This document shows positions 13,586 to 25,831 of a stretch of 64,000 bases of DNA, in pieces (positions within the stretch are counted from its first letter, which is position 1; every line of letters starts with the position of its first letter). The notes under the pieces were generated by a model. It searched no databases. It worked only from the letters and a program-made list of their open reading frames with translations, and was not told the origin of the DNA. Location: the NCBI RefSeq assembly GCF_006345805.1, contig NW_021836312.1, positions 3,207-67,206 of the forward strand. The letters run 5' to 3'. Source of the DNA: Octopus sinensis (lineage: Eukaryota). The translations under genes were made by a program, and so were the position numbers.

Positions 13586-14016
13586 ATATACATATACATG
13601 TCTACTCTTAATGCAAAGTCTGACCACCTCTTTTACTTACACCTAAGATTTATCATGGCGTCTGATGTGGCTTTTAAACAATGTATTAAAAACACACCCA
13701 CTTAAACTCCATATCTGATTTCGACCACAAAGAGCTGCAATTAAGTTCTGATCTTAAAATGTCTCTTGGGGCCTCTTAGATTTGTAGACATTGTAGTATA
13801 CACAGAATTGAAAGGTGTGCACGGATATATATAATGCTTAGTTGCAGGATTCGTTACAATCTAGGTTTTCCAAAGTGTTGGCAACAAGGAAAGGTAGCAA
13901 CCGGGCTTATGATACTCTGGAGCAATGTAAAGTTGCTTGCTGTTTGTATGTAGCCTGTATGCAGATATACATGTACACATCGATCTCTATATGAGTACAT
14001 ATAACAAATGTATATA

Positions 14017-14093
<77 letters not shown>

Positions 14094-14094
14094 G

Positions 14095-14285
14095 AGACGC
14101 CATGATAGATCGTTAGCTACTACACACATTTTCTTTCTCTCCTTGTTTTTTCTGTGTCCCTTTCTGTAGATGAGCGTAGGCTCGAAACGTAAAAGACTTT
14201 TTCTATTCCCGAGCGTTATACTAATACATCTGTTTGTTTTGTACACCACTTGTCTTCGTCTGTTGTTGTTTTCGTAAACTCTCCC

Positions 14286-14292
<7 letters not shown>
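14095..14292 (+). mobile_element. Small (~200 bp) hammerhead-variant element, copy 2, between (TA)n tracts
   Basis: Starts GCCATGATAGATCGTTAGCT; CTTT CTGTAGA T GAGC-gtag-GCTC GAAA CGT A AAAG at 14160-14195; ends CGTAAACTCTCCC(TA)n. Confidence 0.8.
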
Positions 14293-14334
<42 letters not shown>

Positions 14335-14411
14335 CATGCGTTTTAATGTTCACTATAAAGAGTTTATATAAATATATATATATATATATGTATATACATG
14401 ATCATGTAAAA

Positions 14412-14450
<39 letters not shown>

Positions 14451-14456
14451 GTATAT

Positions 14457-14490
<34 letters not shown>

Positions 14491-14519
14491 CATTACTTTA
14501 TTATAGCCCAACTCTCTAT

Positions 14520-15640
14520 ATATGGAGTAATATAGGTTGTAGTTATCGTAGCTCTAAGTTTATCTTCATATTTATTACGGAATTCTCCCTCAAATAAATC
14601 ATATAAATAAAGAACGTCTTTGTTAGGCTTCTCATCATATTTATTTCGGAATTCTCTCTCCGATAAACTAAATAAATAAAGAACATTTTTTTGTTAGTTA
14701 CTTTAAACAATATATTTTCATATCAATGACTTTAAAGAAGAGTTGTTATATATTACCAATATAATAGTATATCATCATTTATATTTATTTACACACTTTA
14801 TTAAAGTCTGTAGATTAAGTAAGACCCTGATACTTAATTTATATACCTATATATTGTTGGTGTAAGTTATTATAATAGACAATCTTTGTCTTCGACCGAA
14901 ACGAGTTTGGATTAATATTGAGATATATAGAAATATATTTCGATTGTTGATTCTATTTACTTAATCAATTTGTCCTTTATAAAGTTGCTGTTTTTCAATT
15001 GTAGTTGTTATGTAGTTGAAAAGTTAACGCTTACGCTCATAATACATAGGAATTTGAATTAATATACAATCCAGCCGTCCATTCACACGGAATTTCCTCT
15101 CTCTTTAAACCAAAGCTCTCTGATGAAACTTATATAAGTGGATTCAATTGTTTATAAATCAAATAATGTATATAAGCCAAAACAAATTGTTGGCGCTTTT
15201 TGTTATTTAATGATTTCTATGTTATCTTATGTGGAGGCGCAAAGGCCCAGTGGTTAGGGCAGCGGACTCGCGGTTGTAGGATCACGGTTTCGTTTCCCAG
15301 ACCGGGCGTTGTGAGTGTTTAATGAGTGAAAACACCTAAAGCTCCACGCGGCTCCGGCAGGAGGGTGGCGATCCCTGCTGTACTCTTTCGCCACAACTTT
15401 CTCTCACTCTTTCTTCTGCTGGCCTGCTCGCTTAGCCAGCGGGGTGGCGTCATTTGAAGGCTAAAACAATGCGAAGCGCATTGTGACCAGCGATGTGTAG
15501 CAACAACTGATAGCATGATCGGTCACGGTGATGTTATCTTATATTATAATATATTCATAGTATATTATGTTATATTATAATTTAAATAAATCATTGGAGT
15601 GTCAATTGAATTTCTCTATTTAATTTATTGTCTATATATC
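14520..15640 (-). mobile_element. Decayed AT-rich PLE-like repeat, paralogous to 18430-19235, interrupted by SINE-C
   Basis: Shared anchors ACGCTCATAATACATAG (15033/18950) and TTCACACGGAATTT (15082/19000); homologous degenerate minus-strand peptide (LCIMSVxVN). PLE class is inferred. Confidence 0.6.
15231..15530 (+). mobile_element. SINE family C, full length with 12-bp TSD
   Basis: tRNA head GTGGAGGCGCAAAGGCCCAGTGGTTAGGGCAGCGGACTCG; TSD ATGTTATCTTAT at 15219-15230 and 15531-15542; second copy at 24621. Confidence 0.92.
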
Positions 15641-15664
15641 TATATCTATATCTATATATGTATA

Positions 15665-15748
<84 letters not shown>

Positions 15749-15789
15749 ATATATAAGATATATATATATATATTATAATTATATATCAT

Positions 15790-16700
15790 AGGTAAACAAG
15801 CATGAGCTTGTTTTTGAAGCGTTGAAAAGTATTATAGAACAAGCAGAAAGATATATATTTTTTCAACACGTAAACACTAAACGGTATATATAAAGGATAC
15901 AATATGATGATAAATAATATTAATATTGATAATAACAAGCGAATTAAATATACCTTGAATAAAAATAAATATTTAAATAAACTTAGTTCTAATGATAATA
16001 AATATACGCCACATACCAACCCAAATACACCTAATAACGTTTAGTATAATGAGCATAATTATATTTGGTTTAGCATTACTTACGCACGACAAATAAAAAC
16101 AAATCTGGTCAAGATATTTTACAGATCTATATCTAAGCACTTTAATAATGAACATAGATATTATAAAATAATTTATAATAAAAGGTTTAGAATGACTTTT
16201 TAAGTATCTAAAAATTTGTTTAGAATAATCTTCTCCTTTAATAATAAATGTTTAGACAATTTGTATAATAAAAGAAAAAAATAATATTACAGAGAATGAT
16301 CTAGCTACAGACTGTGATTGTAGATATAAGAATAAATGCTTATTCAATGAGTTTTGTTTACAGAACAATATTGTATATAGATGTAGAGTGGATTCGGAAC
16401 GAAAAAATTATTTGTACATAGTGCATACGGAAGATTTTATTAAAACACGGATAGCAAACCCTGAATACACCTTCAGGAGTAGAGTTAGGTTTATCAGTAC
16501 CATTCTATGTAAACTAATTTGAGAATTTAAGGATAGTAAGAAATCATACAAAATAAATTGGTAAATATACAGTCATGCTAGATCGTGTAAAATTAATGAT
16601 GCTAGATGCGATGCAACTTGTGTATAGAAGAATTATATCAGATATAAATATCTGAGAAAAAATTGTTTAACGACAGACGCGTGTTCCATCTTCTACAAAC
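15790..16700 (+). pseudogene. Penelope-like element (Neptune-type) linker plus GIY-YIG endonuclease remnant
   Basis: Manual translation with stops and frameshifts: YIWFSITYARQIKTNLVKIFYRSISKHFNNEHRYYKII, then CDCRYKNKCLFNEFCLQNNIVYRCRV...YLYIVHTEDFIKTRIAN...LIxEFKD..Y.I.W...C. Matches the PLE pattern IWFNPP..KTN..K.F...KHF / CxC...C...C....VY / YIG.T..K.R. Confidence 0.8.
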
Positions 16701-16989
16701 TATTCTAAATATGCGCTTAGAAAATTTTATGAAGTGTGTATATCTGTACTCGTATGTATCTATTTAAAAATCTACAGCAATGTACACATATGAATAATTA
16801 TATATTTGTGCATATGCATTTAAGTGCTTGTATACATAAGCATATGTTGTTTTGTATCTATCTGATGCCATCGATATGTCGTTATGCGGAGGAACTGTTG
16901 AGAGTCAACGGACATCCAATAAATGTCTTAAGGCTGTATCATGCGCGGGAACAAAGAAATAATTGGACTGAATACCCGATCACGCGGTT

Positions 16990-17260
16990 AAGCCATTGGG
17001 AGTGAAGGACTCCTAGTCTTCGTTAGGGCATCCCTCTAGGAGAAGGTAACTCAGGTAACTGGGATAACTCCGACATAAAACATGCGGCTCAGTGGTTACC
17101 GATGATGTTGACTGTTCTTCTTTTCGGATTATGGCTGCTGTTGCTTACTGAGTGGGATTGACTCAATGCACAGCCTTTCCTCACTTTAAAAAAATCTTCT
17201 TGCACAGGCATTGCACGATAACAACATTGATTAAGCTTCGTACAATGGCCATACTCGATA
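16990..17260 (+). mobile_element. Probable RTE-type LINE 5'UTR fragment
   Basis: GGGCATCCCTCTAGGAGAAGGTAACTC resembles the GGCAACC..CTAGGAGAAGG motif recalled from RTE 5'UTRs; not confirmed by a second copy here. Confidence 0.4.
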
Positions 17261-17789
17261 ACAAGGATATATATATATATATATATATTATGTATATATA
17301 TATATATGTATATATATATGTGTGCATATGTATGTCTGTGTGTGCATGTGTGTATATATGTATATATATGGGGGTATATATATAAATATATATATATATA
17401 TATGTATGAATATATGTATGTGTATGTATATATATGTATATATATGTATATATATGTATATGTATATGTATATCATTTATTGTTAATGTGTGTATACATG
17501 AATATATATGTATGTGAATCTATGTATAAGCATCTATTGTATCATTATATAGACATATGTAACCATATAGCTATTTATATTTGTGCGTAAATGTATTCGT
17601 ATATATATCTGGATGTGAGTGTATTTATATGTATATATGTAGGTAGGTATATATGTATGTATAAATACGTATGTATGTGTTTACATGTATATATGCGTGT
17701 ATGTGTGTATATATAACCATGTGTGTGTATGTATTTATATATATATATGTGTGTGTGTGTAGATGTGTATATATTTGAGTTATATAGAT

Positions 17790-19235
17790 CTCAATCTATA
17801 TAATAACTTAATTTGGAAAATTAATTATTAGTGAACCAATTCTCAATTGTTACATTTTAGTGCATATTCTTGTAGTTACTGTTAAATTTATCATTATATT
17901 AGTATTTAATATTAACTATATATCTCAGATAACGTATCTTCATTATACTAAGTGAATACTAAGTGAAATCAAATGAAAACATCTATTATCAACATCATTA
18001 TTATTAATTATCATTAATTAATTAATTAATAAGTTTATACGCTTATTAATTAATTAATTAATGATAATTAATAATAATAATGATGATAATAGATGTTTTC
18101 ATTTGATTTACTAACTATATTTAATCACCAAAATAAGTATTAGGGTATCGTTTAGTTTATAAATTATATTCTTAGTACAACAACCTTGTTTGTTACTTCT
18201 GAAAGTATTGATAGAGTTTGGATATGGTCCTTCGATTTGTAAATAGCAATATTGATTTGTTCATCGAGAACAGTCCTTAATACTTGTTTGGTTTATATTA
18301 TTGATTTCTATCGATTAGCTAAATTCTCCCTTCCATAATAAACCAATAACAATCATTATTTAAGTAACTTCAAATCTGTTTACCCCTAAAAGATTAGTAA
18401 ATTTGATTTTTATAACTATAGCCTAAATATATATATATGGGACACTCAGGTGATCGCACTTACAACCTTAGGTTTGTATTAATGCTTATTATGGAATTCT
18501 TCCTATGATAAATTAAGTAGACAAGGAACATTTTTATTAGGTTTCTATTCATATCTATTACGGAATTATCCCTTCGATAAACAATAAATACAGAAGTTTA
18601 TTATTAGTTAATTTAAATAATATTCTTTTATATCAATTAATTTAAATATATAGAAGAGTTGATGTATTGAAGATGTAGTTGCTTATATATTTTTGTTGCA
18701 GTTCTAAATAGGCAAAGAGTTAGATACTTAATTATATACATATATATATATACACACCTATCTTATTGTTTTATGTTGTAGTGAGGAAGGATTCTCTTGG
18801 ACATGAACGGGTTTCGCTTGGTATGTGTTTGAGATGTAATGAAGTGAATCTCTATAGTTATGGATTGCACTTACTTGGTTGTATCGTCCGTTAGAGTGTT
18901 TTTTTTCTTTTGTTTTTGTAATTGATGTATGATTGAACAATTAACTTTCACGCTCATAATACATAGATATTTTAATTAATTTTTACAGTCCAGCGTCCTT
19001 TCACACGGAATTTCGTCTATATTTAAAACATGATACTGAAATGACTTATATATATATATATAAGAGAATTGTCATTGTGTATATATATATATATATATAT
19101 AGAAGAAAATGTATATAAGTCGAAACAATTTGTTGACCTTCTTGGTTTTGTATTACTTGTTTACTTAATATTTTAATAATATAATATAAATAAATTATTG
19201 GATTGTCAATAGTATCTTTCTATTTAATTTATCTT
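17790..19235 (-). mobile_element. Decayed PLE-like repeat with terminal fold-back
   Basis: Paralogous to 14520-15640; minus-strand GCCTKNIIYKL (GIY-like) near 18150-18190; 68-bp inverted repeat at 17966-18109. Confidence 0.6.
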
Positions 19236-19325
19236 TGTAATTGCATTATACCCATATTAAAATGGTATTTAACTGAAGTACCTCTTTAGCACACGCCTTT
19301 GAAGGAACTCTTCCCCAGTTTGTTA

Positions 19326-19360
<35 letters not shown>

Positions 19361-19362
<2 letters not shown>

Positions 19363-19427
19363 CGGTGCTCCAGCATGGCCGCAGTCAAATGACTGAAACA
19401 AGTAAAAGAATAAAAGAATAAAAGAAT
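19361..19427 (+). mobile_element. SINE-A 3' tail only (5'-truncated)
   Basis: GGCGGTGCTCCAGCATGGCCGCAGTCAAATGACTGAAACAAG(TAAAAGAA)n. Confidence 0.85.
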
Positions 19428-19997
19428 ATAATGTGTGTGTATGTATGTATATGTATATATGTATGTATATATAAGAAATAATTTTCGCCTTATATTATGG
19501 AGACAAAAGGGTTTATAAGATGTGAAAAAGAAGTACTGAAATATAATTGAGATAGTGATAAAAAAAAACATTGATCAGAGAACAAACTTCAAATTCGAGT
19601 CAACGACTTTATATATAACACCACGCCACCAAGCATTTGATCGTGTATAAATATTACTATGGCCTTTAACATATAAAGAATACATATATGAAAAAACACA
19701 GAAGGTAAAAAATATATATGCAAATAAAAATGAAGATATATAGAACGGCCTATCAAGAAGGTATAGGTATTGGACTAAAAATTCTAGAGCGTGTCATGTG
19801 ACTAAAAATCTAAATAAAATGAGAATAAAATATCAATCGACAAAAAAATTTTTTACTCCCCTGAAGCAAAGAAAGTATGTCAAAAAAGTTCATTTCATAA
19901 AACCATGGTAGGTTGGAGGCCAGGAACCTAAAAGTGTTCTGCAAAATGAAGTTATATATATATATATATATATAATATATCTTTTTTTTCTTTTTCC

Positions 19998-20389
19998 CTG
20001 TTTCAGTCATTTTGACTGCGGCCATGCTGGAGCACCGCATTTAATCGAGCAACTCGACCCCGGGACTTATTCTATTGTAAGCCCAGTACTTATTCTATTG
20101 GTCTCTTTTGCCGAACCGCTAGGTAACGGGGACATAAACACACCAGCATCGGTTGTCAAGCAATGCTAGGGGGACAAACACAGACACACAAACATACACA
20201 CACACATATATATATATACATATATTTGAAGGGCTTCTTTCAGTTTCCGTCTACCAAATCCACTCACAAGGCTTTGGTCGGCCCGAGGCTATATTAGAAG
20301 ACACTTGCCCAAGGTGCCAGGCAGTGGGATTGAACCCGGAACCATGTGGTTGGTAAGGAAGCTACTTACCACACAGCCACTCCTGCGCC
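19998..20389 (-). mobile_element. SINE family A, full length
   Basis: Complete reverse complement from tail to GGCGCAGGAGTGGCTGTGTGGTAAG. Confidence 0.92.
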
Positions 20390-20459
<70 letters not shown>

Positions 20460-20919
20460 AGAACGTGAGTAAATAGGGATAAATCACTAGGCATGTACTG
20501 TAGTACCTCTCTGGTATATTCCAGGTTATGCCTAACACCATCAAGTTGTAATGAAAATTTATGATATTCTAGTATGAGCAACACCGCTGTAATTCATCTA
20601 ATGGTGAATCTGGTTTAACTTTGTTGGATTATATATATTATCAGGAACATAAAGTTCAAACAATTACAAAGAATACTGAGATTGGTACCTCATCAAAACA
20701 CGCTTGTTCAAAGATTCTGAATGAATGTACACATCAAATAATGCTGAGTTGTATGCGTAACTGCGCATACTCAGTGCAGCTGAAACACGTGTCAGTCATT
20801 TCAACCAACTAATTATCCTGCATGTCAACTATAATGTTAAAAAGAAAAATATTGATGATGTACCAATCACCGTATTGTTTGTAAATGTTTGAAATTTATT
20901 CATACATGCATACACACAT

Positions 20920-20974
<55 letters not shown>

Positions 20975-20984
20975 ATTTATATAT

Positions 20985-21135
20985 AACAAAATATTAGGGA
21001 ATAAATCCAAACTTACAGGGAAAAATCAGATTTAGGATTAAATCCAATTTTATAGTAACATATTATATTATATTAAATAGAGATAAAACCACTATTAGGC
21101 AAATCATACAATGAAAAACTTAAGCCAATACATAA
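20985..21135. repeat. Dispersed AT-rich repeat, homologous to 41044-41160
   Basis: ATATTAGGGAAT(A/G)AATCCAAA(C/A)TTACAGG(G/A)AAAAATCAGATTTAGG...AAATCCAATTTTATAGTA...GAGA(T/C)AAAACCACTATT at both loci. Confidence 0.8.
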
Positions 21136-22103
21136 GATTAATTAATTTATATATTTTATTTTATTTTATATATATATATATATATATTATGTATATATAT
21201 ATATATATATGCATATAGGTATGCTTGTATGTAATGTGTATATGTGTGTATACATATTTATGCATGCCTGATCTTGTGCATGTATAGTGAATTGGAATGG
21301 CTGGAACAATGAAGGTTACATATCAATAGAGATTAGATTTATATGCACACTGTTTTGCTAAAGTAATTTGTTCAATCATTCTTTGTACCTTATATATTTA
21401 CTACTTAAACAGTTCCTTTACTTATTGCCTTTTATAATTTATACGGCAATTATTCCTACCGTACATTCATTTTCTCCTTCATTATACCATAATTCACTTC
21501 TTTCATTCCTCCAAGCTTTTCAACTACCTGTTCTTTAATTCTACACTTCCAGTTAGTTCCCTCGTTTACTTCAAACTTTATATTTGTTTAAAATTCTTTC
21601 ATTTATTTTAACCAGTTCAATTTATTCCTAAATTTAATCTACATGTTTTTTATTTTATTTATTTATTTAATTTCGACGTTTCTTTCTTTATTTATTTTGT
21701 AATATTTCCAGTTTATTTTTCGTGTTTCTACGTTGTTTTGTTTATATTAGTCGTCGTTTGCTTTGAGATTAAGTTTTTCTTTTAATTTGCTTTAAATAAT
21801 AATAATTTTTCTCTTCATTGCCATTTAAAGATTTGAAGAACGAGTTAATGGGACAGGAGCAGGGTTTTTAGGAAATATCGCATTTCAAGACTGGCCGATT
21901 AATACTGCATGAAGTATTTTCAAAGTTCAAAGAAATTCTCTGAAGATGCCACTTTGAAGAGGTCTGTCTATTGATCAAACATGCCAAAGGCACTCGATCA
22001 AGAAAAGACAGCAACGATAATTACTTTTCCACCAATCATTTTCACGCCGAACAGTTTGCAACAATTATAAAATCGTGTATGTAAGTGTGTGTTTATACAT
22101 ACA

Positions 22104-22205
<102 letters not shown>

Positions 22206-22646
22206 CATACGCAACCATATATATATACACGCGCGCACACACGCATATATATATATAGATACAAAGACAGAAAGGAGGATAGAAAACTATATATAAATAA
22301 AAATATACAGATATATACAGGTGTGTGTGTGTATATAAATATATATGTGTGTATGGATAGATGGATGTAAGGATACGTGTGTGTATAGATAGGAAGATAG
22401 ATAGGCAGAGAAAGAGGAGGAGAGAAAGACAGACAGACAAAGAGAGAGGGACAAAGAGAGAACGAGAGAAAGAGAGACAGATAAGAAAGAGAGAGAGAGA
22501 GTGAGTCAGAGATAAATAGATAATATGGAATTACTGATGTATATCCAGTATTGGGAGCATTTTAATTGTATGATATCAGATATCCACTGACTTCGGACGA
22601 GCTTTGCACATCATTCTGCAAGGATTTTACCGGTATCTTATTTGGC

Positions 22647-22680
<34 letters not shown>

Positions 22681-23515
22681 TGTATGTATGTATGTATGTA
22701 TGTATGTATGTATGTATGTATGTATGTATGTATATGCCATTTTTTTTGCTAAATAAGCACACGCACTATATACTCTTTTCTTCACTCTTTTATCACTGTT
22801 CTTATTTTCTTATTTTAACTTATGTACATTGTCCAGAAATCTTTCGTCGAACATATGTGACCTTTTCACTGACACTCTTCATTTCCGTGTGAGTTCTTGC
22901 TCCACTTTATTTGGCAAAAAGAAAACAAAAATGGCCATCCCGAAATACAACAATATATGTGTTTCAACACACGATGTCACATCAGGAATCTTGCAAAACG
23001 AATCGGAATATATGTATATATATATATATATACAGGTATGTATGTGTACATATTAAATAACAGTTTTAATTAGCTTCATAGTCTATTTACATGTATGTGT
23101 GTGTATGTGTATTTGTGTGTGTCTGGAAATTTTACTGCTTGACGATCTATTTTCAATCGGTGAGTCATAAAGATCAATGAGATAACATCACCAAGTGATT
23201 TAGTAGCACTGCTAACACTGTACAACACAATATTGAATTATAAAGCATTGAATATACATTGTAATGTATAACGGTTGGATAACGAAATATGGTGTACCTA
23301 CAAGTCATATACATGTACGTACCAGCAACCAGGTTTAATATGTAAAATTGGTATATCAAATAATGTTACACTGCTATATTTGGTGCCTATTCAAACAATG
23401 AGTTCGTGGATAGTAAATGGGTTGTATGTGGAGCTGATGAATGAACAAGAACTCCTGAAATATCGCATATACACAACCATTACCTATTTTTCACCTACGG
23501 CCTCAGTGTTATTTA

Positions 23516-24175
23516 CATTGTGTAGGGCATATTTCAGCCTTCCTAGGAGAGAGCTATTCTTTTATAGTTGTCTATTTTTATAGCATTCACAAGGAAATGT
23601 TATACTCGAATACGAAACGTTGTAACAAATCAATGCTGTTGAAAATCTGCAGATATAACCTTAACAAGAACTCTATCATTGCTTATACAACATAGCTTGT
23701 GGATAGCAAAAAGACTTCGATTTTACAGGTTGCCAGGAAATTTTGCAATGCTTCTTCCTTGTGTTATGGATGCCATTATTTTGGTGTGTCTGTATACATT
23801 ATCTAACATAATTCCAATTGTTTCTTTGAATAAAACGTTTGTCAGAAGACGTTTTACAACTAGAGTACAAGTGGTAACCATTTTGTTTTCTTCAAACATG
23901 ACATGAATTTCATCTCATGATCATACATTGTATGTCTATGGTCTGTATCTTTCGAAAAGATTTTCTAATTGTTTGTTGATTTAATGTAGAGGCGCGTTTA
24001 TGCGGGCTGGTAATTGAAATTTAACTACTACAATAAAATCCGAGAAATCTTATTGCTTAAAGCGTTATAAATATTAACGGTAACCAGGAGAGTTTCCTTG
24101 TGAATGCTATAAAGATAAACAACTATAAAAGAATAGCTATCTCCTTAGGAAGGCTGAAATATGCCCTACACAATG
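23516..24175. mobile_element. MITE-like element with ~82-bp TIRs and TA target duplication (Tc1/mariner-type)
   Basis: TA|CATTGTGTAGGGCATATTTCAGCCTTCCT... (23516-23597) is the reverse complement of 24093-24175 ...AGGAAGGCTGAAATATGCCCTACACAATG|TA, with about four differences. Confidence 0.85.
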
Positions 24176-24343
24176 TACATACAAACAATGAAATAAGAAG
24201 TTGAACTCAACTAAACGGCAGAAAAAATATTTATACAGTGAGGAAATATTAAGAACCAAAAAAAGACAAACTAGAAGAGCAATTCCAAAATATAACTGCA
24301 AAATGGTGAGGAAAATCATTCTAAGACCAAAAGCAAAGAAGAA

Positions 24344-24380
<37 letters not shown>

Positions 24381-24620
24381 AACGAGAAGACATCGGAAGA
24401 AGAGGAGGGAGGGGCAGAAGGATGTGGACATGGACGAATGCGAGGACGAGGGTTGAAGGAGGACAATAGGAGGGTTAGCAGCAACAGAATCAACACAAAA
24501 AAGAACGTAATAACAATAAAATAAGAGTGAGGGTAGAGAGAATGAATGAAAGGATAAAGATAGGCAAATACAGTGTAAGTTATAATTACAGTATACATAT
24601 CTGTGTATATATCTATATAT

Positions 24621-24912
24621 GTGGAGGCGCAATGGCCTAGTGGTTAGGGCAGCGGACTCGCGGTTTTGATTCCCAAACCGGGTGTTGTGAGTGTTTATTG
24701 AGCGAAAACACCTAAAAGCTCCACGAGGCTCCGGCAGGGGGTGGTGATCCCTGCTGTACTCTTTCACCACTCTTTCTCCCACTCTTTCTTCTGTTGGCCT
24801 GCTCGCTTAGCCAGCGGGGTGGCGTCATTCGAAGGCTTAAACAATGCGAACGCATTCTGACCAGCGATGTGTAACTACATCTGATGGACTGGTCGGTCAC
24901 GTGATCACGTGA
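24621..24912 (+). mobile_element. SINE family C
   Basis: GTGGAGGCGCAATGGCCTAGTGGTTAGGGCAGCGGACTCG...; ends GGTCACGTGATCACGTGAT. Confidence 0.9.
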
Positions 24913-25123
24913 TATCTGTATATAATGCGTTGATTTAAAGCGAAAATGTTTTCCCTATATTTACCGTAAGAACTAACAAATGTTTCAAATTATTCCAGAG
25001 GAATGTATATTGTATGTTTAAAAACAAACAACATATTTACACATTTCAATATTCATGATTTATTTACATCACTGTGGTGGAAATTCTCAACGGCTAAATA
25101 TAAAATAGTAGTAGCACTAATGC

Positions 25124-25164
<41 letters not shown>

Positions 25165-25521
25165 GTGATGATGATAATAAAATGCTTAAAAATATTACAA
25201 AACAAAACTTAACAATTTTAGTATGAAAATAAACGAAACCATAATATATACTTTATCGATTTTGATCTTTTATAAAATGAGAAAATTAAAGATACCAGAA
25301 ATGCAAATTAAAATTATAAAGTATGATGAAAAACGATTATATTTTGGGGTAAAGGAACGGAAAATAGAAACAAAATTGAAAATTTTCTGAAATTTCAGTG
25401 TAACGATCTTAACACGATATAAAGTTAATTTATCAACTCTCTCTCACTCACTGTCTGTGTCTCTCTCTTTCTATCTCTATCTCTTACCCACCCACCTCAT
25501 ATCTATATATATGTTTGGTCA

Positions 25522-25654
25522 AGTCAGTGTCTTGCTACTCCGAGTTTCACCTGCAGACACGCAGGATTTCCAGGCAAGTTGTGACTTGCAGCCAGCACTT
25601 TCTTGACGATCCTGTGTATCTACAGGTGAGAGTCAGAGTAGAAAGAAACTGACT
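25522..25654. other. Imperfect 46-bp inverted repeat (long hairpin)
   Basis: 25522-25567 versus 25609-25654, 38/46 Watson-Crick matches; inner GCAAGT-tgtg-ACTTGC stem. Confidence 0.85.
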
Positions 25655-25831
25655 CAAGCTAAATGAAATATCAGCAAACCATACTATGGTATTTGAATTC
25701 AATTTTCACAGTTAATACTAAAAGGACGTATATATATCTAAAATAACATATATACAGATATGTATATATTATTCTAACGTAGTTACTCGTCGTCAAGTAT
25801 TGGTGTATCGCCACTATATATGACGATACCT

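Noticed and set aside
15231-15305. tRNA-like sequences at SINE heads (also 376, 10622, 24621, 30584, 56823)
   Set aside because: No complete cloverleaf or acceptor stem and they continue into SINE bodies; not tRNA genes
20366-20584. Minus ORF LEYHKFSLQLDGVRHNLEYTREVLQYMP
   Set aside because: Protein-like but stop just upstream, no good acceptor, runs into (TA)n, no family recognised
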